DNA of 18,372 nucleotides from Pseudomonadota bacterium (lineage in GTDB: Bacteria; Pseudomonadota; Gammaproteobacteria; JAKAQQ01). Within the stretch, counting starts at the first letter, position 1. Every line of letters begins with the position of its first letter. The DNA is taken from positions 1 to 18,372 of the forward strand of contig DAHVLZ010000020.1 in NCBI GenBank assembly GCA_027320085.1, given 5' to 3'. The position numbers were made by a program, and so were the translations under genes. Positions 8,053-18,134 of the stretch are shown here, in pieces. The notes under the pieces are model-generated. The model searched no databases. It saw nothing but the letters and a program-made list of their open reading frames with translations, and had not been told where the DNA came from.

Positions 8053-9072
8053 TCACACCACCCCGGCCCGGAGCAGATCGTGCATGCTGAGCGCACCCAC
8101 GAGTCGACCCTGGTTGTCGGTCACGAGCAAGGCACCGATCCGGTACTCTTCCATGAGCTCGAGCGCCTTCACGGCCAGGACATCCGGTGCGATGGTCTTG
8201 GGCTCACGGGTCATCACCAAGGCCATGCGGCAGTCGTGAAGGTCGATGCGGCGGTCGAGTGCACGGCGCAGGTCGCCGTCGGTGAAAATACCCAGAAGCG
8301 CACGGTCGGGTCCGGTGACGGCGGTCATGCCGAGCCCCTTCCCGGTCATCTCGACCAGAGCCTGGCCGAGCCCCGTTTCCGGGCCGACCTCGGGGATGGC
8401 GGATCCCTGGTGCATGAGATCGGCGACCCGCATCCACAGCCGCCGGCCGAGACGACCGGCCGGGTGGGCGTAGGCGAAGTCCTCACGGGTGAACCCGCGC
8501 GCCTCGAGCAGGGTGACTGCCAGGGCATCGCCCAGTGCCAGGGCCACCGTGGTGCTTGCCGTCGGCGCCAGGTTGAGCGAGCAGGCCTCCTGGCTCACCG
8601 GAGATTCGAGGACGAGGTCGGACAGTTGGGCGAGGCGCGATTTCGGATTGCCCGTGATGGTGATGAACGGCAGGGCGAGCCGACGGATGCGGGGCAGGAG
8701 GGCCAGGATTTCCTCCGTTTCCCCCGAATGGGAGAGGGCCAGCACCAAGTCTCCCTCGACCAGCATGCCGAGATCGCCGTGGCTGGCCTCCGCGGGATGG
8801 ACGAAGAACGATGGCGTGCCGGTGCTGGACAGGGTCGAGGCAATTTTGCGGGCGATGTGGCCGCTTTTCCCCATCCCGGTCACGATGATCCGTCCACGGC
8901 AGGCCAAACACAGCCGGCAGGCCTGTGCAAATCCGGCCGGCGGATTTTTCGTCACGGCCAGGAGTGCCTGCGTCTCGATTTCCAAGACGCGGCGTCCGCT
9001 CGCCAAGAGAGCCTCGTCCGAGTCAGCCGGCCGGGGGCGATTCGTGAGGACCGGGTTCGGGGGGTTCAGCAT
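8053..9072 (-). CDS. kdsD: Arabinose-5-phosphate isomerase (KpsF/GutQ family, SIS domain plus CBS pair)
   Basis: TGMGKSGHI, HPAEASHGDLG, LAPTASTT, HPAGRLG, GIFTDGDLRR, HDLLRAGVV. Confidence 0.96.
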   Translation of the reverse strand: MLNPPNPVLTNRPRPADSDEALLASGRRVLEIETQALLAVTKNPPAGFAQACRLCLACRGRIIVTGMGKSGHIARKIASTLSSTGTPSFFVHPAEASHGDLGMLVEGDLVLALSHSGETEEILALLPRIRRLALPFITITGNPKSRLAQLSDLVLESPVSQEACSLNLAPTASTTVALALGDALAVTLLEARGFTREDFAYAHPAGRLGRRLWMRVADLMHQGSAIPEVGPETGLGQALVEMTGKGLGMTAVTGPDRALLGIFTDGDLRRALDRRIDLHDCRMALVMTREPKTIAPDVLAVKALELMEEYRIGALLVTDNQGRLVGALSMHDLLRAGVV

Positions 9073-9361
9073 CGGGGGGGTGATTGGGTCATGCAGGCTG
9101 GATTCCGTGGGGCGCCGCGTTCCACACGAGTGTGGGGATCCGCTCCGGAACGGGCCCTCCGGACGCCGGAACCCGGGGCAGAACCCTTGCGGTCAGGATA
9201 GCATAACCATTATTGAGGGATGCCCGATCCGGTCCGGACCCGGGATCCGTTTCCACCCCGCGGCCCACGGGGGCGGGTATCATATTCAGGACGGTCCCGG
9301 GGATGTCCCCCGCGCTTCCGGTCAGCCCCTGAGCCACCCCCGCGGGAGGGGCGGAGCATGA

Positions 9362-11577
<2,216 letters not shown>

Positions 11578-11673
11578 CGGCGGGTCCGCCAGTCCCCGTC
11601 CGGTTATCATGGTAGCGCGGATGCCGGGCCCTCGCCATCTTGCGGGCCGTCTGCTGATCTTCGAGGAGCCGTT

Positions 11674-13101
11674 ATGAACCAGCATGAAACCGTTCCCAAC
11701 GCGTCGGCCGGATGGGGAGGACGTCTTTTCGGGTGGATCGATGCCCGGTTCCCCTTGAGCAAGCTCTGGCGCAGCCAGGTCAGCGAGTACTACGCGCCCA
11801 TCAATTTCAACTTCTGGTATTTCTTCGGTTCGATTGCCCTCCTGATCCTCGTCAACCAGATCGTGACGGGCATCTTCCTGGCCATGAGCTACCAGCCCAA
11901 CGCCCACCTGGCGTTCAGCTCCGTCCAGTACATCATGCGGGATGTCCACTGGGGCTGGCTCATCCGTTACCTGCATACGACGGGGGCCTCCCTGTTCTTT
12001 GTCGTGATCTACCTGCACATGTTCCGCGGCCTGCTGTACGGCTCCTACAAGAAGCCCCGGGAACTGCTCTGGATCATCGGGATGCTCATCTATGTCTGCC
12101 TCATGGCCGAGGCATTCATGGGGTACCTTTTGCCCTGGGGGCAGATGTCCTACTGGGGAGCGGTGGTCATCACCTCGCTCTTCGGTGCCATTCCGTGGAT
12201 CGGCAGCCACCTGGAAATCTGGATCCGGGGCGATTTCGGGATCAGCGGGGCGACGCTCAACCGGTTTTTCGCCCTCCACGTCGTGGCCATCCCCCTCCTG
12301 CTGCTCATTCTCGTCGCCTGCCACCTCATGGCGCTCCACGAAGTCGGTTCCAACAACCCCGATGGAATCGAGATTCATGAGAACCTGGATGCCCAGGGCA
12401 AACCGGTGGACGGCGTGCCTTTCCATCCGTATTACACCGTGAAGGACCTCTTCGGCGTGGGGGTTTTCCTGGTGGTCTTTGCCCTCATCGCGTTTTACGC
12501 CCCGACCCTGCATGGCTTTTTCATCGAACGCAACAACTTCAAGCCGGCCAATTTCCTGCAGACCCCGCCGGATATCCGGCCGCTCTGGTATTTCACCCCC
12601 TACTACGCCGTTCTCCGTTCCTTCCCCAACAAGGAGTTCGGGGTCAGCGCCTTCGCCCTCGCCATCATTCTCCTCTTTCTCATGCCCTGGATCGACCGCC
12701 ATCCCATCAAGTCCTTCCGCTACCGGGCACCGATGTACCGGATCCTCCTGGGCGTCTTCGCGGCCACCTTTCTTTTCCTGGGCTACATCGGGGTGCAGCC
12801 GGCCACCCTGTTCTGGCAGAAGATGGGGCTCCGGATCGCGGAGATCTATTTCCTGTTTTTCGTCACGGCCTGGCTGTACGCGCGTCGCCCCAGCCGGCGA
12901 GCCCTCCTCATCACCTTCTTCGTGGCGCTGGCCGTGGTGCTCTTGATCGACTGGCGATTCTACCTGGCGTCGATCGCCCCCCTCATCTGGCGGACACTCG
13001 TCATTCCAGTGGCTTACCTGGCCTTGTTTTATCTGGTCCCCCTGCTCTGGCCGGATGGCCTGAGGGACCGGACCGTACCTCAGCGGGTGACCTTCCGATG
13101 A
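11674..13101 (+). CDS. petB: Cytochrome b of the bc1 complex
   Basis: Four haem-ligand His (RYLH...YLH, FALH...ACH), GYLLPWGQMSYWG, PFHPYY, Qo motif PLWY; GAGGAG RBS. Confidence 0.98.
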   Translation: MNQHETVPNASAGWGGRLFGWIDARFPLSKLWRSQVSEYYAPINFNFWYFFGSIALLILVNQIVTGIFLAMSYQPNAHLAFSSVQYIMRDVHWGWLIRYLHTTGASLFFVVIYLHMFRGLLYGSYKKPRELLWIIGMLIYVCLMAEAFMGYLLPWGQMSYWGAVVITSLFGAIPWIGSHLEIWIRGDFGISGATLNRFFALHVVAIPLLLLILVACHLMALHEVGSNNPDGIEIHENLDAQGKPVDGVPFHPYYTVKDLFGVGVFLVVFALIAFYAPTLHGFFIERNNFKPANFLQTPPDIRPLWYFTPYYAVLRSFPNKEFGVSAFALAIILLFLMPWIDRHPIKSFRYRAPMYRILLGVFAATFLFLGYIGVQPATLFWQKMGLRIAEIYFLFFVTAWLYARRPSRRALLITFFVALAVVLLIDWRFYLASIAPLIWRTLVIPVAYLALFYLVPLLWPDGLRDRTVPQRVTFR

Positions 13102-13880
13102 AACGCAATACTGGGCGGAGCCGGGCCGCGGCCGGCGCATTCCTGGCACTTCTCCTCTACCCGGCTACGGGATACGCCATTCAGCTCTCGGGTTACCCGC
13201 TGATGACGGCTCCGGTGAACCTCAACAACCAGGCCTCCCTCCAGCGGGGCGCCCGGACTTTCGTCAACTACTGCATGGGTTGCCATACGCTTCAGTACGT
13301 GCGATGGAGCCGTGTCGGCCGTGATCTCAACCTCAACAATCGGGCCCTCCGCGAACTCATGTTCCTGCAGACCAAGCCGACCCAGATGATGCTCAATGCC
13401 ATGCCGGCACGGGAAGCGAGCCGCTGGTTCGGTGCCGCCCCCCCGGACCTCTCCGTGATGGTGGACCGGAAGGGGGTGAACTGGGTCTACACCTATCTCC
13501 AGAGCTTCTACCTCGACCCGAACCGGCCAACCGGGGTGAACAATGCCGCGTTCTACCGGGTGGCCATGCCCGATCCCTTCTGGCAGGTCCAGGGTCTTCA
13601 GAAGCTCGTCTACCGCAAGGTCAGTGAGAACGGCGGGACGGTCAACCGCTTTGTCCGCTTCGTGCTCGTTACTCCGGGAACCCGCTCTCCCGCAGCATTC
13701 CGGCACATGGTCGGCAACCTGACCAATTTCCTGTACTACGTGGGGCATCCCGACGAACTCAAACGGGTTCACCTGGGGATCTGGGTCATCGCCTTCCTGG
13801 TGGTGTTCACCGTGTTCGCCTATTTCCTCAAGCGCGAATACTGGAAGGATGTCCACCGCAAGCACCCCCATGAAAAATGA
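13098..13880 (+). CDS. petC: Cytochrome c1
   Basis: Signal peptide, SLQRGA, haem motif CMGCH, PPDLS, axial Met in VAMP, C-terminal TM helix and KREYWKDVH; ATGA overlap with petB. Confidence 0.97.
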   Translation: MKRNTGRSRAAAGAFLALLLYPATGYAIQLSGYPLMTAPVNLNNQASLQRGARTFVNYCMGCHTLQYVRWSRVGRDLNLNNRALRELMFLQTKPTQMMLNAMPAREASRWFGAAPPDLSVMVDRKGVNWVYTYLQSFYLDPNRPTGVNNAAFYRVAMPDPFWQVQGLQKLVYRKVSENGGTVNRFVRFVLVTPGTRSPAAFRHMVGNLTNFLYYVGHPDELKRVHLGIWVIAFLVVFTVFAYFLKREYWKDVHRKHPHEK

Positions 13881-13942
13881 GCAGGGCGGAGTACGGTCAC
13901 TGACTGCGCGTCCACTCCGGATGCCGGTCTGCCGTTAATCGG

Positions 13943-14554
13943 ATGAAGCTTTACTCGGATCCGATGGGTGCGGACAGCCATCGGGTCCGCATCGTGATCG
14001 CCGAAAAGTCGGTTGAAAGCACGGTCGTGGACCTGACGGCCGGAGGGGGACTCCCGGCCGAACTCCTGGCCGTGAATCCCTACCGGCAGATTCCCATGAT
14101 GTGCGATCGGGACGTCATGATCTATCCAGGCCGGATCATCCTCGAGTATCTCGACGAACGCTTTCCCCATCCTCCCCTCCTGCCGCCCGACCCGATCGCG
14201 CGGGCCCGGATGCGTCTCGCGCTCTACCGCATCGAGCGCGACTGGTATTCGCTCATTCCGGATCTCGAAAACCGGGCGCGGGGCAAGACCGACAAGTGTC
14301 GCGCCCAGCTCAAAGACAGCCTGGCCGGCAGTCGCGAGGTCTTCGCCGAAAAACCCTTTTTCCTGAGCGACGAACTCACGCTGGTCGACATCAGTCTGGC
14401 CCCGATCCTCTGGCGTCTCGAGTCCTGGGAGATTCCGCTCACCTCCCTGCCGGCACCGGTCGTGGATTATGCGGAACGGCTGTTTCGCCGGCCCGCCTTC
14501 CGTGCGAGCCTGAGTGCCCCGGAACGACGGATCCGGCCGTTGCCCCTGCCATGA
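13943..14554 (+). CDS. sspA: Stringent starvation protein A (GST fold)
   Basis: SHRVRIVIAEK, NPY, EYLDERFPHPPL, LAPILWRL; typical position after petC. Confidence 0.95.
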   Translation: MKLYSDPMGADSHRVRIVIAEKSVESTVVDLTAGGGLPAELLAVNPYRQIPMMCDRDVMIYPGRIILEYLDERFPHPPLLPPDPIARARMRLALYRIERDWYSLIPDLENRARGKTDKCRAQLKDSLAGSREVFAEKPFFLSDELTLVDISLAPILWRLESWEIPLTSLPAPVVDYAERLFRRPAFRASLSAPERRIRPLPLP

Positions 14555-14943
14555 TTCCCTACCGGTCCTATCTCCTCCGGGCCTTCCATCAGTGGATCGT
14601 GGACAACGGACTCACCCCGCACCTCGTCCTGGCCGTGGGCGTCCAAGGCACACGGATTCCGCCCCTGCCGGCCCCGGAGGGGCGGGTCATCCTCAATCTG
14701 TCCCCGACGGCCACCCGCACGCTCACAATCGGCACCGACGGCATCGAGGCCGAGATGCGTTTTGACGGCAATCCCTTTTCCGTCCGGATTCCGCTCGCCG
14801 GCTGCCTCGGCATTTTCGCCGCGGAGAATGGCGTTGGGATGTGGTTCCCCGACGAGCCCGCGCTTCCGGCCGGCGGCCCGCCTGCCTCCCCACCCGATGG
14901 TCACCCGCCCGCGGGCCGGCCCACCCTCCGGATCGTCAAGTAA
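14551..14943 (+). CDS. sspB: ClpXP adaptor SspB
   Basis: Start reassigned to ATG 14551 (ATGA overlap with sspA): YLLRAFHQWIVDNGLTPHL, ILNLSP.A, GIFAAENGVGMWF, C-terminal ClpX-binding tail PTLRIVK. Confidence 0.95.
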   Translation: MIPYRSYLLRAFHQWIVDNGLTPHLVLAVGVQGTRIPPLPAPEGRVILNLSPTATRTLTIGTDGIEAEMRFDGNPFSVRIPLAGCLGIFAAENGVGMWFPDEPALPAGGPPASPPDGHPPAGRPTLRIVK

Positions 14944-15001
14944 TCCCGGGCAGCCCCCCTTTCCGTCAAAAAACAAATGACAGCTGGTGTGTGGAGAAAA
15001 C

Positions 15002-15022
15002 CTCCGTTGTCCCGTAACGGAG
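15002..15022. terminator. Hairpin, possible terminator between convergent sspB and propeller gene
   Basis: CTCCGTT-gtcccgt-AACGGAG (7-bp stem), followed by GTTTT on the minus strand. Confidence 0.35.
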
Positions 15023-15156
15023 TCCCGGACGATTTTTCCCGAGGGAGAACCTGGCCTTGCCGGCGCGAGATCGGATCAAGGGCTGCAGGTGGATGGACGA
15101 CCAAAGAGACCGGATCGATCGCATGAGCCCTTGCATCCTGCCTCCCCGAAAGCAGG

Positions 15157-15181
15157 AAGGCCCGGGGCAACACCGGGTTTC
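15157..15181. terminator. Probable intrinsic terminator hairpin downstream of paralogue B
   Basis: GGCCCGG-ggcaaca-CCGGGTT flanked by AA and TTT; a homologous hairpin follows paralogue C. Confidence 0.5.
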
Positions 15182-15278
15182 TCCACTCAAAAACAAGAGA
15201 GCCAAAACCCAAAGTGTACCCCCTGCCCCCACGTGCGGGAGGGTCCCGGGCCAGGCAGCGCGGCTGGCCCCCCCAGGC

Positions 15279-17015
15279 CTAACCTTGGGAATCCCCTGCC
15301 CGCCTCCGCCGGGTCCAGCCCAGGAGACCCATCAGCCCGGCGAGGATCCCCAGCGCCAAGGGTGAAAACCCGCCACCACCTCCACTCGCCGAGGGAGGTG
15401 GTGGGGGCGGAGACGGAGGAGGTGCAGCCACCGTCACCGCCATCGTTCCCGTCACCGTATCCCCAAAGGCATCCTCCGCCGTGACCGTCACATGGGAGAC
15501 CCCCGCCATGCTCCCCGAGACCAGCTTGAGCGTGCAGTCCAGATCGGCTTCCGTCGTCCCACAACCGGAGGAAACCGTCACATCCGAGGCCGGAAGAACC
15601 GCAGGATCGCTGCTGGCGAGAGCCACGGTAAAGGGCGCCGTCCCGGTCAGCGCAAATGACTCCGTCGTGCTCGTCTTCTCGCCCAATGTCACATCCGCCA
15701 GCCCGGCCAGCACCGGGTTGATGGTGAAGAGAACCGCCGCCGTGTTGCTCACCGGATAGCTTGGACTATCGGCGGCCGTGCACGAGAGTGAGGCCTGGCC
15801 CTGCCAGGTGAAGACATCCGGTCCGCTGTAGGTGGCCGAGGAGGGCGTGTAGGTATAGGCCCCGGTCGCGGCCGTGAAGACCACACTGCCCCGGATCGGT
15901 GACTGGACGAGGACATCACTGGTCGCACAAGTCGTCCCGTTGCCGAGCGCCGGAACCGATGCGGTGATCTGGGAACCCACATTGCCCGAAGCACGGCTGT
16001 TGCCCGCAATCAACGCCCCCGGACCCACGAATGCACCCAGGGAAAAAGGAGTAGTCCCAATCGTGACCGTCGAGACCACCGTGTCGGTGGCGGCATCGAT
16101 CACCGAAACGGTGCCGCCATTGGCGTTTGCGACATAGACCCGGCTGCCATCCGGACTCACCGCGACGCCTTGGGGGGTAGTGCCAACGGGCACCGTCGAG
16201 ACCACCGTGTCATTCGCGGTGTCAATCACCGAAACGGTGCTGCTGCCTTCGTTTGCGACATAGACCCGGCTGCCGTCCGGACTCACCGCAACGCCTGTGG
16301 GGCCTGAGCCAACGGGCACCGTCGCCACCACCGTGTCATCCACGGTATCGATCACTGAAACGGTGCTGAAACTGTCACCGTCAAAGTTTGCAACATAGAC
16401 GCGGCTGCCGTCCGGACTCACCGCGACCCCAAGGGGGCCTGTGCCAACGGTCACCGTCGAGACCACCGCGTCGGTGGCCGTGTCGATCACCGAAACGGTG
16501 TTGCCACTGCTGCTGCCATTGTTTGTGACATAGGCCCGGCTGCCATCCGGACTCACCGCAACGCCTCTGGGGCTTGAGCCAACATTCACCGTTGCCACCA
16601 CCGTGTCGGTGGCGGCATCGATCACCGAAACGCTGCTGCTGCCACCGTTTGTGACATAGACCCGGCTGCCGTCCGGACTCACCGCAATGCCAGCGGGGCC
16701 TGTGCCGACGGTCACCGTCGAGACCACCGTGTCGGTGGCCGCATCGATCACCGAAACGCTGCTGCTGCCACCGTTTGTGACATAGACCCGGCTGCCGTCC
16801 GGACTCACCGCAACGCCAAGGGGGAATGAGCCAACGGGCACCGTCGAGACCACCGTGTCATTCGCGGTGTCAATCACCGAAACGCTGTCGCTGCCATTGT
16901 TTGCGACATAGGCATATGGGGCGGCCCCGGCAGCGCTGGCCATCACGCCCGACAGCAACAGCAATACCGCCACGGGCAAAAGCCCCCGATACAGGGGAAA
17001 TAGGGAACGTTTCAT
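15279..17015 (-). CDS. Secreted 7-bladed YVTN beta-propeller protein with Ig-like stalk and GlyGly-CTERM anchor, paralogue B
   Basis: Start reassigned to ATG 17015 (GGAGGAG RBS; matches paralogue A start), 578 aa. Signal peptide, seven 42-45 aa repeats YVxN..VSVID....VV.TV.VG..P.GVAVSPDGS, Ig-like segment (GAYTYTP...YSGPDVFTW), poly-Pro linker, then SGGGGG-FSPLALGILAGLMGLLGW-TRRRR. Confidence 0.93.
   Translation of the reverse strand: MKRSLFPLYRGLLPVAVLLLLSGVMASAAGAAPYAYVANNGSDSVSVIDTANDTVVSTVPVGSFPLGVAVSPDGSRVYVTNGGSSSVSVIDAATDTVVSTVTVGTGPAGIAVSPDGSRVYVTNGGSSSVSVIDAATDTVVATVNVGSSPRGVAVSPDGSRAYVTNNGSSSGNTVSVIDTATDAVVSTVTVGTGPLGVAVSPDGSRVYVANFDGDSFSTVSVIDTVDDTVVATVPVGSGPTGVAVSPDGSRVYVANEGSSTVSVIDTANDTVVSTVPVGTTPQGVAVSPDGSRVYVANANGGTVSVIDAATDTVVSTVTIGTTPFSLGAFVGPGALIAGNSRASGNVGSQITASVPALGNGTTCATSDVLVQSPIRGSVVFTAATGAYTYTPSSATYSGPDVFTWQGQASLSCTAADSPSYPVSNTAAVLFTINPVLAGLADVTLGEKTSTTESFALTGTAPFTVALASSDPAVLPASDVTVSSGCGTTEADLDCTLKLVSGSMAGVSHVTVTAEDAFGDTVTGTMAVTVAAPPPSPPPPPPSASGGGGGFSPLALGILAGLMGLLGWTRRRRAGDSQG
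16030..16915 (-). repeat. Seven tandem coding repeats of 126-135 nt
   Basis: Recurring plus-strand framework ACATAG(A/G)CCCGGCTGCC(G/A)TCCGGACTCACCGC and ATCACCGAAACG; the same unit recurs at 1-355. Confidence 0.95.
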
Positions 17016-17083
17016 GATGCTGCTCCTCCGTTGATCCACCGGCTTGCAGTACCAAAGACTGGTTTTCTTCAAGCTTGATTTGA

Positions 17084-17113
17084 CCTATATCACCTTCCAG
17101 ACCAGGGTGTCAA
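17084..17113 (-). promoter_or_regulatory. Putative sigma70 promoter of paralogue B
   Basis: Perfect -35 TTGACA (17113-17108), 18-nt spacer, then a weak TG-a-TATAGG -10; homologous to the paralogue A promoter region. Confidence 0.45.
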
Positions 17114-17139
17114 ATGGATGTAATAGGTCCGGTAATGTC

Positions 17140-17817
17140 TCAGTTTGAAAGATTTTCCTTGGGTGGAGGATGAGAACCGTCAGCGTCCGGGGTTTCAAGC
17201 GCTGCGCGCTCCTGCGAGGTGAGAACATGCGGTATGGTGTACGGTGCGCCCGTGTGCTTGTCGAAGAATGGGTTTGGCCGCGCGAGGCCGTGCACCGACC
17301 AAACGAGCAGCTTCGAGATGCGGCGGAGGAAGACGCTGAACTTCGGTGGCGGAGGCGCCGTCAAGGGGAGTGGCCCAAGCGCTGAACGTTCGAAGATTCG
17401 GCAAAGAGGCGGGCCCAAGGCCACATCGCGAGAGTGGCCACCCGCTTCGTGGTCCATGAAACTGTGGATGACTCCAATCATCGGGACGTGCGGCCCCATA
17501 GTGTTTCCGATTGGAGTTCGGCAACAATCGGTGTGCCAACGATAGACGCCCTGCTTGCTCAGACGCAGGCATCCTACGGCGTCCCTGCCTGTGGTGATCT
17601 TGATGCGCCCTACCGGCATCTGGAAGATGTCCGTGCCGCCGGCATCGTCCAACACGTCTGCCCGCCCCAGGAACCGCGCAAAGACCTGGCAGTCCTTGCA
17701 GTAGCAGACAACCCTGAAGCCGGTGGACGGCGAGATCCCGTTCGCGATGCCGCGCACGCGCCCGCATTGGCATCGAAGTGGAACCTCCATCCCCGGATGC
17801 CTGATCGCCCCGGTCAT
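17140..17817 (-). CDS. DUF6151 / GFA (Mss4-like) Cys-rich, probably Zn-binding protein
   Basis: LRCQCG, VVCYCKDCQ, RWHTDCCRTPIGNT Cys pattern; family assignment from memory. ATG 17817 has a GGAGG RBS (alternative start 17790). Confidence 0.8.
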   Translation of the reverse strand: MTGAIRHPGMEVPLRCQCGRVRGIANGISPSTGFRVVCYCKDCQVFARFLGRADVLDDAGGTDIFQMPVGRIKITTGRDAVGCLRLSKQGVYRWHTDCCRTPIGNTMGPHVPMIGVIHSFMDHEAGGHSRDVALGPPLCRIFERSALGPLPLTAPPPPKFSVFLRRISKLLVWSVHGLARPNPFFDKHTGAPYTIPHVLTSQERAALETPDADGSHPPPKENLSN

Positions 17818-18134
17818 TTCACCCTCCCCCAAGGATCAACACAATTCACATTTTATTGGCGGTCGCGACCATCCCATTTTGGGCCAGCGCCCACGATGAG
17901 GCAAGACCCGACTTTCAAACTGAGGCAGTGCCATACAGTCTCTTTGACAGCTGGGGTGGTGATGGAGGAGCTATTTTGTAGCAGAGCCTTGAGGCCGGGG
18001 CCCAGGTGGGAGCAGAACGGTGTTTTAGGCAATCAGCCCCTCGATGAGCTTTCGGTTGAAACTGGCACCCCGAGCGTAGTACCCAGCCAGATGCGAACCC
18101 AAGCCTCTATGCACCCTGCCTCCAGAAAACATGA

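Noticed and set aside
9130-9355. Numerous short GC hairpins between kdsD and bolA
   Set aside because: They are short, overlapping and expected at this GC content; no consistent fold or known RNA was recognisable.
14101-14550. N-terminal extensions of SspB, RapZ, LptA, LptC and paralogue B given by the ORF track
   Set aside because: For SspB, RapZ, LptA and LptC the extensions lie inside the upstream gene; for paralogue B the extension is 5' UTR. Internal starts with stop/start overlaps or a clear RBS fit better.
16030-16915. Regular repeats with variable inserts resembling a CRISPR array
   Set aside because: The units are 126-135 nt in-frame coding repeats with a continuous ORF; there are no unique 30-40 nt spacers and no cas genes.
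17940-18035. Integron attC-like site after the small ORF (GCCTAAA... on the minus strand)
   Set aside because: It lacks the RYYYAAC/GTTRRRY core pair and a long imperfect palindrome, and there is no integrase.
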